Below are positions 8,189-17,300 of a stretch of 26,614 nt of DNA, in pieces. The stretch spans positions 1 to 26,614 of the IMG/VR virus record IMGVR_UViG_3300020045_008993. One strand, written 5' to 3'. The notes beneath the pieces are model-generated. The model made no database searches and was not told where the DNA came from. It saw only the letters and a list, made by a program, of their open reading frames with translations. Each line of letters starts with the position of its first letter. Position 1 is the stretch's first letter. Source of the stretch: a virus. Its lineage: Duplodnaviria > Caudoviricetes. The position numbers and the translations under genes are program-made.

Positions 8189-8358
8189 TCTTTACCTCCT
8201 TCATAAAATTGGGCCACAAGCTCTTGAAGCTGTCCATTGTTTTCACAAAGAGTCACCATCACATGAGCATCTGCATTAAGTCTTTTATAGTCATCGATAA
8301 TCTTCCACCCCTGCCAAGCTGGAAACTGATCACGGTTAATATCTTTATATTCTTCCAT
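8185..8358 (-). CDS. Small hypothetical protein (57 aa; absent from ORF track)
   Basis: MEEYKDINRDQFPAWQGW...FYEGGKE; TAATG overlap with the upstream gene and ATGA overlap with the holin. Confidence 0.7.
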   Translation of the reverse strand: MEEYKDINRDQFPAWQGWKIIDDYKRLNADAHVMVTLCENNGQLQELVAQFYEGGKE

Positions 8359-8648
8359 TATTTATCTGCCTTCCCATCTAGTTTGTCAAAAATCTTGTCA
8401 AGCTTTTTAAACATTGCATCCATCTTTGCTTCAAATTCAGATTTCATTACATAGTTTCCAGCTACTAAAAGTTCAACTGCTTGAACTTTTTCTGTCAACT
8501 TTGAAGCATCAAGCTCTATTTCATGGATACTTTCATTAACTGACTTGAATGAGTTATCCATATTATTTTTGAGTGAGTTATAAAGTGCAGTACCCACAAT
8601 ACCTAAAATTACAAAAGAACCATTCGCTATCCATTGCCAGTCCATCAC
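8358..8648 (-). CDS. Membrane-anchored coiled-coil protein (lysis-region accessory)
   Basis: N-terminal TM helix followed by coiled coil ending KLDKIFDKLDGKADK; upstream of the holin. Confidence 0.7.
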   Translation of the reverse strand: MMDWQWIANGSFVILGIVGTALYNSLKNNMDNSFKSVNESIHEIELDASKLTEKVQAVELLVAGNYVMKSEFEAKMDAMFKKLDKIFDKLDGKADK

Positions 8649-8905
8649 CGTACCTCATTATCAAAACAATCAATATCATCCTGTACAAGATAATACCCAC
8701 GCTCTACCATCTTTGCTCGTAGGCACTCTTTAGCTTTAGGAGTTGCCTTATAAACAAGCGTACCCTTCTCATCACCCAAGAACTCCAATGCTTTCTCATG
8801 CTGTCCATCAACTTGCATTGACTCTATAAAATCAACCGTTGCGGGTGTACACCCACTCATTACTACCATCATCATTAACATTACAGCCAACATTACTTTT
8901 TTCAT
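8645..8905 (-). CDS. Putative lipoprotein
   Basis: MKK, hydrophobic core, lipobox MSGC. Confidence 0.7.
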   Translation of the reverse strand: MKKVMLAVMLMMMVVMSGCTPATVDFIESMQVDGQHEKALEFLGDEKGTLVYKATPKAKECLRAKMVERGYYLVQDDIDCFDNEVR

Positions 8906-8906
8906 T

Positions 8907-9203
8907 TCAAAACTCCAATGAGAATAAGGTTGCTCCTATGGAGGCACCTAATGTATCTGCGTAGACATCATGGATGTCCTCACTGCCATATCCACTTCCA
9001 TCTATACGCTCTTTGGCGATACCTACGATAATAGATGTACCAAACCCAATAAACCAAGCTTCTACTGGGCTTGATCCATAGTGTTTAGCTAATCCACTTC
9101 CTAGGCTTGCAATAGCTATAGAACCTGCAAAGTGTTTTACTTTATCCTGCTCAAACGCTATAGCGCTTATAACTAGTAGAACGGCTAATATTAAGGCTTT
9201 CAT
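8907..9203 (-). CDS. YfiM/DUF2279-like membrane protein
   Basis: Signal peptide, then DK.KHF, KE..D and D..AD..G motifs with hydrophobic helices. Confidence 0.6.
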   Translation of the reverse strand: MKALILAVLLVISAIAFEQDKVKHFAGSIAIASLGSGLAKHYGSSPVEAWFIGFGTSIIVGIAKERIDGSGYGSEDIHDVYADTLGASIGATLFSLEF

Positions 9204-9562
9204 TTCGGATATTCCATTTTTACTGCTAAATTATGAGCATGATAATTTTCTTCTTGATATACCCCTGCTTTATATATGATAGGGTCAGAAGATGCTTGTT
9301 TTGTTTTAGCGTCGATATACTCTGATATTGGTAGATACCCCGCTTGTCTCAACGCGCTATAGTTTTCTTGCTCATAAGTTGGATACTCAACAGGATCACA
9401 GTTCTGTACCCCCAACCATTCAGCGATTAACGCCTCATCGGCTTCAATACGAATAACATTATCAGCAACATTGACAATCTCACCGTTATTAAATCGATGA
9501 TGATTGACGCTTTGTACGATTTCATTTTTCACACCCGTTGTGACCGTATAATATTTAACCAT
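9200..9562 (-). CDS. Tail-fibre-associated / chaperone-like hypothetical protein
   Basis: C-terminal Y..LR..GY..I.E..DA...VK.EYPK pattern recalled from small proteins encoded next to phage fibres; overlaps the RT stop. Confidence 0.5.
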   Translation of the reverse strand: MVKYYTVTTGVKNEIVQSVNHHRFNNGEIVNVADNVIRIEADEALIAEWLGVQNCDPVEYPTYEQENYSALRQAGYLPISEYIDAKTKQASSDPIIYKAGVYQEENYHAHNLAVKMEYPK

Positions 9563-10514
9563 TGCTCTTCTCCATTATTGATGTGTAATATTTCATTGTT
9601 TGTGTTCCCTTTGCGTGTCCCATCATGCTTGCCAGTGCCTCCGTTTTATTGTTTTTAAATGCTTTTCGAAAGTTGTACATACTTCGTTTTCTAACGAGTT
9701 TCAATCCTTTAAAAGTACGAAACCCAACAAAGTTAGTTCCTTTTCTTATCTTTTGGATCGTGCTTTTTGAAAATTCCAAATTGAGCTCTTTTTTGATAAA
9801 GCTCTCGATAAGAACCTTGATAGCCCTTGCCTCTTCGAGACTTAGTCCAAAGAGGATAAAATCATCTACATAACGCACATACAGCTTGCATCCAATATCC
9901 CGTTTGATAAAATGGTCAACAGGGTTAAGATAGATCAGTGCATAGAGCTGAGAGAGCAGATTACCAATGGGTATTCCTACTTCACTGTCCTCCATGCACA
10001 TAAACATTTTCATCATTGCTAATAGCCGCTGATCTTTGATCTTCTTTTCGATCAAGGTTCCTAGAATATTTCGGTCAATGCTGTAAAAAAACTTGCGTAT
10101 ATCCAGTTGGAGCAGATATTCATCGTCATCACACTGACGTAATGCCCATTGGGTATAAGCACTGGCACTATGTGTCCCGTGGTTTTTACGGCATCCATGT
10201 GACTGCCGGATGAACGTTGCATCATAGATAGGATAAATCACTCGATAGATAGCATGCTGTACGACTACATCACTAAAATGAGGCGCATAAATGATTCGTT
10301 CTTTTGGTTCATATACGATAAATTTTGTATAAGGCTTAGGGCAATACGTGGAGTTTGCAATGCTTTGGCGAAGATACTCAATATTTGAGCCTAATGATTT
10401 CTCGAATTCAATAACGGATTTTTTAGCCCGTTTCCCTTTTCGAGCATCGATGTAAGCCATATAGAGATTATCTTCGCTAAAACAATGGTCGAATAGATTG
10501 CCGATACGTTTCAT
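9555..10514 (-). CDS. DGR reverse transcriptase
   Basis: 319 aa; GIPIGNLLSQ (DGR-type SQ motif), YVRYVDDF catalytic motif, PKERII.AP.F.D..VQH; no maturase or endonuclease domain; adjacent TR and avd. Confidence 0.95.
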   Translation of the reverse strand: MKRIGNLFDHCFSEDNLYMAYIDARKGKRAKKSVIEFEKSLGSNIEYLRQSIANSTYCPKPYTKFIVYEPKERIIYAPHFSDVVVQHAIYRVIYPIYDATFIRQSHGCRKNHGTHSASAYTQWALRQCDDDEYLLQLDIRKFFYSIDRNILGTLIEKKIKDQRLLAMMKMFMCMEDSEVGIPIGNLLSQLYALIYLNPVDHFIKRDIGCKLYVRYVDDFILFGLSLEEARAIKVLIESFIKKELNLEFSKSTIQKIRKGTNFVGFRTFKGLKLVRKRSMYNFRKAFKNNKTEALASMMGHAKGTQTMKYYTSIMEKSNG

Positions 10515-10637
10515 ATATTCCCCCTAAAAGCTTCGTTTGCACTACCACAGTTGAGGGATTGGATAATATTTTTGCTATGCAGGGATGCTATCTCCCTATC
10601 ATCTCTCATTCGTATCCTACGATTCACAGAAAAGATC
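10515..10637 (-). ncRNA. Structured spacer of the DGR RNA between TR and RT
   Basis: Hairpins TCGTA-GGA-TACGA (10610-10622) and AGGGA-N7-TCCCT (10581-10597), and a GGTAG...CGAA element (10532-10546) before the RT RBS. Confidence 0.55.
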
Positions 10638-10751
10638 ATAGTCGCGACCGCCCACATTGTTGTTCGAATTCGACCGAACATTGTTCCAATTGCGAGCCCA
10701 CACACCCGCAAGCGAAGAATTGTTCCAATTCCCGCCGACGATAGGACACTT
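10638..10751 (-). repeat. DGR template repeat (TR)
   Basis: 114-bp ungapped match to 11213-11326; reads KCPIVGGNWNNSSLAGVWARNWNNVRSNSNNNVGGRDY with 10 AAC/AAT codons; all 19 differences fall at TR adenines. Confidence 0.96.
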
Positions 10752-10776
10752 AACATATAAGATAGCACCCTTCGAT

Positions 10777-11196
10777 TTACCATTTTAATTCTTCCTTGAC
10801 CTTCTTGATCCACCCACCTACGATACGCCCTATCTCATCGAGCTGTAGGCTTAGCACTCCATACCGTTTTTCAGAGAGCATCGCACACGTTACGACGGTA
10901 TCTGTTTTAGTCTTATGACTAAAATATCCCAACTCATACGCAAGCAAGAGTTTCATTCGTAATCGCTCTACTGCGACATCCAGTTCAGTCAAGGATGTTT
11001 TTTTGTAATACCGCTTTTGACCCTCGACCATAAGATCAAATATTATGTATGCATCGTTTCGGATGCCTAAAGCCAATCCAAATTTTTCATGGCTAGGAAA
11101 ATGGTTCAAATAGAGATTAAGCTGTTTGAGAAACATCACCATCTTCCGATAAAAGTTACCCTCAGGAAACCTATACGCCACACTATCGTGCGTCAT
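10777..11196 (-). CDS. avd: DGR accessory variability determinant (four-helix bundle)
   Basis: Start MTHDSVAY at 11196 with GGGAG RBS; FP..EKFGL...IR, L.ELD...E.LR..L.LAYELGY and EIGRIVGGWIK motifs; located between target and TR. Confidence 0.9.
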   Translation of the reverse strand: MTHDSVAYRFPEGNFYRKMVMFLKQLNLYLNHFPSHEKFGLALGIRNDAYIIFDLMVEGQKRYYKKTSLTELDVAVERLRMKLLLAYELGYFSHKTKTDTVVTCAMLSEKRYGVLSLQLDEIGRIVGGWIKKVKEELKW

Positions 11197-11197
11197 A

Positions 11198-12880
11198 TCA
11201 TGCTCCCAAGAGACAGGCGCGACCGCCCACAGAGCCGCTCGAATCCGACCGAACATAGAGCCAAAGGCGAGCCCACACACCCGCAAGCGAAGAATCGCCC
11301 CAACTCCCGCCGACGACAGGACACATGGAAGCAGCTGAGTATTTGTAGAGAGCGTCACCACCAAAACGGGCAGGAGAACCGCCCATAGAGAGTGGAACTC
11401 CGCACATATCAAGTCGGTAATCGTTGCTTGCTGTATCGACACTTCCGCTAAATACAGCAGATGTCCCGCTTCCAAAAGTTGTTTGTGTTTCATCAGGGAC
11501 AAACGGTAACGTAAGAGGATCATAGTTTGTAATATTCCAGTTATCTGTCGCATCCCCCACGACAAGACCTGTCAGGGTTTTTATATCAATAGACTCTTTT
11601 AAAATATGGAAAGTATCTGCTGTGCTTTGAATAAACCCGCTTGCAATTTCCCACATATTTCCATTTAGATCAGCGATTCCACATCGTTGCCCATTATGTG
11701 TAATCTTCGCAAAAACACTGTCTGAGCATGAAGCATTAAGAGGTGCAGTTGGATAAGTAGCATTACCGGCAGTGACATAGACAACCGTTGCATCGTTTAC
11801 GTCTTTAAGGGCATTATTGTTGCACCCCTTTGGAGCATAGGGAGCAACGTCCATCCATTGTGCAGTTGATACCGTAGCAGACTGAGCATGTGCGAGAGAG
11901 AGCAAGGCGAGCGCGTTGTACATAAACATCGTAGGAACAGCATAGTTAGCCCCGCGTGATTTTACCGCTTGGAAAACTTTGTCATACGTATTGGCTGTTA
12001 CTCCTGTAATCCCAAGAATTGGATTTTTATTGGAAGCTGTTGAAGCCGGATCAATATTGCGCTTACTGACAAATTTAGAGTTTACTTTTCCACAAGGATA
12101 TTTGTCAAAAAAGAACCCGTCTTGGATAGCCCCATTGTTTACAAACGCACGATGAATGACGAATCCCGCTTGAGGAGTATCGGACACTTCCACTTTTGTA
12201 CCGTTGTATGGTGATGTGATGTCATTGGTTATTTTGGTATAGAATTTTGGGATAAAAACCATTACCGAACCCGTAGCGTCCATGTAGTTTCCGTAGTTAT
12301 CCGACATATAATCATCATATCCCGCCATCTTCAAAAGTCCGAATGAAGAAACCAAAGTCTCAGGAGCAATCCCAACCCCAAAACCATAAGCCCCGATAGT
12401 TCCGATGGTAGTAGCCGTGACCGACGTAGTGAGTTTTACCTCGATCCAGTTTGCAGGAGTCACAACAGGACTCGCAGTGCCCGCCACCAAAACACGATAA
12501 ATCCTCCCCGCATACGCCCACGACTGACCGACAACCGTAAGCTGTCCTGTATGCGACCCTTGGAAGTTTGAAGATGCGGCGGCATTGGCGGCTTGGATTG
12601 TTGCGAGGGCAGTTTGTGCAGCACCGTTGTTAGTTGCGTTTAGAGCTGATTGCGCGGCTTCGACTGCTTTTGTGGTGGCGATAGAGGCTTGTGCAGATGC
12701 TATAACAGCTTCATTGTGTATCTCAGTAGATAAAATATTTTGTGCAACGATTATAGCTTGCATCTGAGGCACAAAACTGACAATATCCCCGACAGTATCA
12801 GTTAGCCTTTGCTTTAGCGTAAGCGCACTTGAAAGGTCAGGTGCAACATGAAAGTTTGAAAGTGTTGGCAATATTTGCAT
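11198..12880 (-). CDS. Tail fibre / receptor-binding protein with C-terminal CLec (FGE-type) domain; DGR target
   Basis: Ala-rich stalk, GIADLNGNMWE FGE/CLec motif, GGSW...R...GGR variable region at the C-terminus; last tail gene. Confidence 0.88.
   Translation of the reverse strand: MQILPTLSNFHVAPDLSSALTLKQRLTDTVGDIVSFVPQMQAIIVAQNILSTEIHNEAVIASAQASIATTKAVEAAQSALNATNNGAAQTALATIQAANAAASSNFQGSHTGQLTVVGQSWAYAGRIYRVLVAGTASPVVTPANWIEVKLTTSVTATTIGTIGAYGFGVGIAPETLVSSFGLLKMAGYDDYMSDNYGNYMDATGSVMVFIPKFYTKITNDITSPYNGTKVEVSDTPQAGFVIHRAFVNNGAIQDGFFFDKYPCGKVNSKFVSKRNIDPASTASNKNPILGITGVTANTYDKVFQAVKSRGANYAVPTMFMYNALALLSLAHAQSATVSTAQWMDVAPYAPKGCNNNALKDVNDATVVYVTAGNATYPTAPLNASCSDSVFAKITHNGQRCGIADLNGNMWEIASGFIQSTADTFHILKESIDIKTLTGLVVGDATDNWNITNYDPLTLPFVPDETQTTFGSGTSAVFSGSVDTASNDYRLDMCGVPLSMGGSPARFGGDALYKYSAASMCPVVGGSWGDSSLAGVWARLWLYVRSDSSGSVGGRACLLGA
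11213..11326 (-). repeat. DGR variable repeat (VR) at the 3' end of the target gene
   Basis: Encodes MCPVVGGSWGDSSLAGVWARLWLYVRSDSSGSVGGRAC; ends in GC-rich GTGGGCGGTCGC followed by a sequence that diverges from TR (IMH vs IMH*). Confidence 0.96.
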
Positions 12881-14331
12881 TATAGTAATTCCCTTACGTC
12901 AATAGATATGAGTGATTTTGTAGGCATTTTTAATGTCTCCTCTTTTTTTCTGATAAATCCGTATGTATCTACGTTTTCATTTTGTGACATATAAACAGCG
13001 GGTTTTCCTTTGGCGCGTTGGAGCACATTATCAATAGTTTTAAGAGCTGTCGTATCGACCCATAAATCAATCGATTTAACTTTTAATTCTGCACCTTCTT
13101 GTAAATAAACTTCTCCGGTTTCTGTATCTTCCGTAACTGTTGAGAAATCAAGGGCTTCGATTTTTACACCCCACGCCTCTGATCCGATAAAATAAGATTT
13201 TCCTATTACAAAAATTCCGACTTGTACAAAATCGCCTCTAAATGTAATTCGAGCCGATACATTATTAAAAACTGATGTTCTCTCATATTTGACAGTAGGG
13301 TTGCGATAATCCATCCAGTCCCCAAAAAAATAATCAAAAATATCTACACAGTCAACTGTTAAATCAATATCTTTAGTTTCAATCGTTAATGAGGTATCAT
13401 TATTTATTACTTCGATTAATACTGAATCAGCAAAAATATTTCCCAAATAAATAGCATTGAAATTTATATCTGTCAGTGTTACTTCGATATTCCCGTTATA
13501 GGTTGTCATTGTTTTAAAATACTGGTCAAACATTTTATATCTATTGGTCGTTTCTATGAGTTTCCAATCGGTTGTATTAGTTGGAAGAGTTGAAGCTGAA
13601 ATCATCCATCGAGTAGTATCTGTATTTGGAGTAGGCATCGCACTATCTAGGATACATTTATAAACATTTCCTAGATAATTTAAGACAGTTCCTGATGTGT
13701 ATAATGTAGTATCTAAGAAAGCATGATCTGTGATGTCTGCCCAATATGTGGAATTTGTAGGCAGTATCATTGTTGCTGTAATAATATTCCAAGATGAATA
13801 GATATATGTACTTGGAATAATAATTGAACCCCAAGATCCGGCTGTAAAAGCTAATTTTATTTGATAATATTGTCCATTATATGAACACATACCGCCAGTG
13901 TAATATGATGATGCTTTACCTGAAACCCACGGTAGTATCGTATCAGTAGCGGGGGAAGTGTGCGCCGTCAAACACAAATAGTTCCTATTATCTTTTGATA
14001 CTACATTACCAACCGAATACAAGTGTGAGTATGCGTAAGCAGTTATAGAAACTGACGACCATCTCGATGTATCAATGCTTGGATCATTAAAAGCTATGTA
14101 ATTATTACAAATATAATTTAATGAACTGAATGATGCAGTGTCCCCATTTTGATAGATTTTTTTACTATCGAATGGTACGAATGTATCGATATTTGTAAGT
14201 CGTTCGTATACCCCTGAATTAAAAGTTACTTTATTTCCAATGGAATAAATTTTATTGATAAATATTGGAGCTTCGTTAATCGGAACGGTTGAGGATACAA
14301 GAGTAAAAGTATCAGGGATCAGGACTTTCAT
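12880..14331 (-). CDS. Tail-tip protein with tandem carbohydrate-binding-module-like repeats
   Basis: Directly after the tape measure; five aromatic Y..G..V...g..Y.C...W units precede TNRYKMFD. Confidence 0.7.
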   Translation of the reverse strand: MKVLIPDTFTLVSSTVPINEAPIFINKIYSIGNKVTFNSGVYERLTNIDTFVPFDSKKIYQNGDTASFSSLNYICNNYIAFNDPSIDTSRWSSVSITAYAYSHLYSVGNVVSKDNRNYLCLTAHTSPATDTILPWVSGKASSYYTGGMCSYNGQYYQIKLAFTAGSWGSIIIPSTYIYSSWNIITATMILPTNSTYWADITDHAFLDTTLYTSGTVLNYLGNVYKCILDSAMPTPNTDTTRWMISASTLPTNTTDWKLIETTNRYKMFDQYFKTMTTYNGNIEVTLTDINFNAIYLGNIFADSVLIEVINNDTSLTIETKDIDLTVDCVDIFDYFFGDWMDYRNPTVKYERTSVFNNVSARITFRGDFVQVGIFVIGKSYFIGSEAWGVKIEALDFSTVTEDTETGEVYLQEGAELKVKSIDLWVDTTALKTIDNVLQRAKGKPAVYMSQNENVDTYGFIRKKEETLKMPTKSLISIDVRELL

Positions 14332-17300
14332 TAAAATGCCCCCACTGGATTTGAGATATTATAAAGTGCGTTGTCTCGTATTGATTTGAGGGTTTTTACA
14401 ACTTGAACTAAGAGTTGATTATTGATTGCTGTACCGTCATTTGTTGCGACACTTGATACTTTTGGAAGGAGCATATCGTTCGCCAGTGAAATCTTGCTAA
14501 GCTCTTTCAAGCTGTCTATATAAGTCTTTTGAGCATCTGCGATATTCATTAATGATGTGTATGTTTCGCGACCGCTAAGAGTGTTTAAGTCAAGGCTATC
14601 GACTAACGCACGAAATCCAGTTACAGTGGACGGCATAGCTAAATTCATGGAAGAGTAAACAGCGGAAAGGTTCTTTTGATACGTAGCTGATTTTTCCGCA
14701 TCAGTAAAATAATTGTCAAAATAAGAGGAGTTTGCATCGCTAAATTTAGTCAATCCGCCTGATAGGTCTACAAGGCTTTGAGTAATGCTGATAACGTCGC
14801 CAGTAATTGTTTTATTCACGTTTGCGAGGTCTTGTAATAAAACTTCTTTTTCAGTGATGACGCGCACTGCTGTTTCGAGCATACCCTCGCCGAGCTTTTG
14901 GTATTGGTCGAGAATTGAGCCGAATACATCATTCGCCATGGTGTCACCAAGAGCCGAGAATGTGTCGTTTAGCTTTTTAATAGCATCATCACTGCTTAAT
15001 CCATTTAGATTAAGGCTTATAGCATTAAATTGGTATCCTGAAATGGCACTACTTAGATTTGCATCAAGCCCTTTATTAATGCTCATCATCGTATCGTTGA
15101 ATGATTTATAAATCAGAGCTATTGATTGAGATGATGCGCTATCTAGTGCGGTATTAGTGATATTGTGAGAGTATGAAGCAGAGCCCCAAAAGTTCTTTGA
15201 TGCTGTTTCGACGTCTAAATATTTATACGCTCCAAGGGTTGAAGCATCTTGTTTACTTCCTAGCGTACCGCTTGAAATTCCAAATCCGCTCCCTGCTATA
15301 TATTGCTTTGAGCTTCCGCCAAGTCCTATTGAAGCAAGGAGTCCATTGGCAAAGCTTGTTATAGGATCAAATCCAATATTCCCACCTGATAACTTGCTAA
15401 AGAATGAATCTACTTTGGCCATTGATGAAGTAATGCCATTTTCTACTGTTATGAGCTTTACCCCACTTGTATCAAATGTTCCTGCCCTAAATATGTTCGT
15501 AATTGCACTTGAAATATTTTGAGACATTGAAGTAACAGCGCGATTAATATCCCTGAGCTGTGAGTATTCAGATACGTGAATTGAGCTTAAAAGATCGGTG
15601 ATTGCAGTTGTGCTTTCAGATTGTCCGTATGCTCCACTGCCTAGAACTGTGCCCATTGATGCATCTGGTGGTGGGGCTGATACTGATGCGCTACTTCCTC
15701 CACCGAATGCAATCCCCCCGATTGCTAAAACTGCCCCCATCAACCCTATCATTGCAGCGATACGCGGGAATGCAGTGTATGGGTCGCCTTTCGCTTGATT
15801 CGCAACACCTACAACAGCACTAGAAACGGCTTCAGTTGTATTCGCGGCTACTGCTATACCTGAAGCGGTGACGGTTGTTGCAGAAGTCATTAAAATGGCT
15901 ATTTGCTTTTGAGCTTCCATCGCTAATGATGCAATATTTAAAGCTTTTTCTATTGTGCTAAGAGTTTTATATACTGTTGATTTTTCTTTAAATACATTCT
16001 TTGATAATGCGATTGTATGCGCCGCTGACGCCATTTCATTACGTAATGAATTCGCGTGTAAATCGTTTTGCTTTTTATTTAATTCTTCATTGAGTTGGAT
16101 CTTTTTTCCCATACTTAATTTAGTATCTTCATCAATTTTTTGACGTTCTAAATTAATCTGTTTTTCGATTTCTGCTTGCTTAAGATACATATCATTGATT
16201 TGTCCCATACTTGTCAGCATTGAAGCGAAACGGTCTATCCCGGTATCACCAGTAGGGGTGAATGACATCGCCCCACCAATATCTATTTTGCTAATTTCTT
16301 CACTGAGTGAAATAAACTCTTTAGTATGTGTTTTTGCTTGAGTATCTAAATCATCCATTTCTTTTTGATACTTAGCCCATTCTTTTTCAAGAATATCACC
16401 TTTTGCAAGTGATACGAAATTAGCAATCTCTATTTCAGTACGTCCACCATCTCTATATAGTTGGGATTTATCTTCAATAGTTTTAAGTGTTTTTTCGTAA
16501 TCTGTAGCAGTTAATTGAAAAATATCATCTTTATATTGTTTTTGAGATTTTAAATCATCCTCAAATTTTTTAATCCAAAGATTCTCGCGCTCACCTAGAT
16601 TTTTTTGATCTAATGCAAATATTTCTTTTGCATATTTTTCTTGTTCAGCTAATTCTCTTTTTGCTTTTGCTTTACTTGCCGATGCTTGAGCTTTATAATC
16701 TACTAAATCGGAATTAGTAGGAGGTGGGGTAGTAATATTATTTGATTTTGCTATAAACTGCTTTTTTAATCCAAGAAGCGTATTGTACGTATCAACTACA
16801 TTTTTTGTGGCTTCATCTGCATCTGCTTTGGCGTATGCGTAATCTAGTCTAGCAGATGCGGCACGACCTCCACCATTGGTAATCAATCCACCTACTGACC
16901 CATATTTAGCTTGATATTCTGCTACTGTTGCGTATGCCATTTTTGCATTGGCTACAAATTGACCTATTCCATTTGTTGCGGTGCTTAATCCTAAAATAAA
17001 ATACTCAAAAAATCCAAAGTTATTAATTGCATCATTTGAAGATTCGCCGATAAGATTTGGTATTTCGTTAAATACTGATGTGATTATTTTTAACATATCC
17101 CCTGACGTATCAGATATTAAATTAAATGCGTCACTCCCAACCAATCCAAGGGCTGTTAAGTCAGTACCGGCACGATCTGTAAAAGATGCAATATTATCTT
17201 TGTTTGCAGTTGTCCATTTTGCAAAATCTTCCATTGTTGAAGATAGAGATTCTATAGCAGGTAGCATCCCAGTTAGTATTTGGGTTTTATTCCCTTCAAA

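Noticed and set aside
9555-10514. RT as a group II intron, retron or Abi-type RT
   Set aside because: Short, with no maturase or HNH domain and no retron VTG motif; the SQ motif, avd and the TR/VR pair indicate a DGR.
10511-10813. 100-aa ORF and + strand ORFs across TR
   Set aside because: They overlie the non-coding TR and spacer; the adenine-poor TR sequence leaves chance open frames.
11197-11565. N-terminal extension of avd (262-aa ORF in the track)
   Set aside because: Overlaps the target gene in another frame; Avd-like sequence and an RBS begin at ATG 11196.
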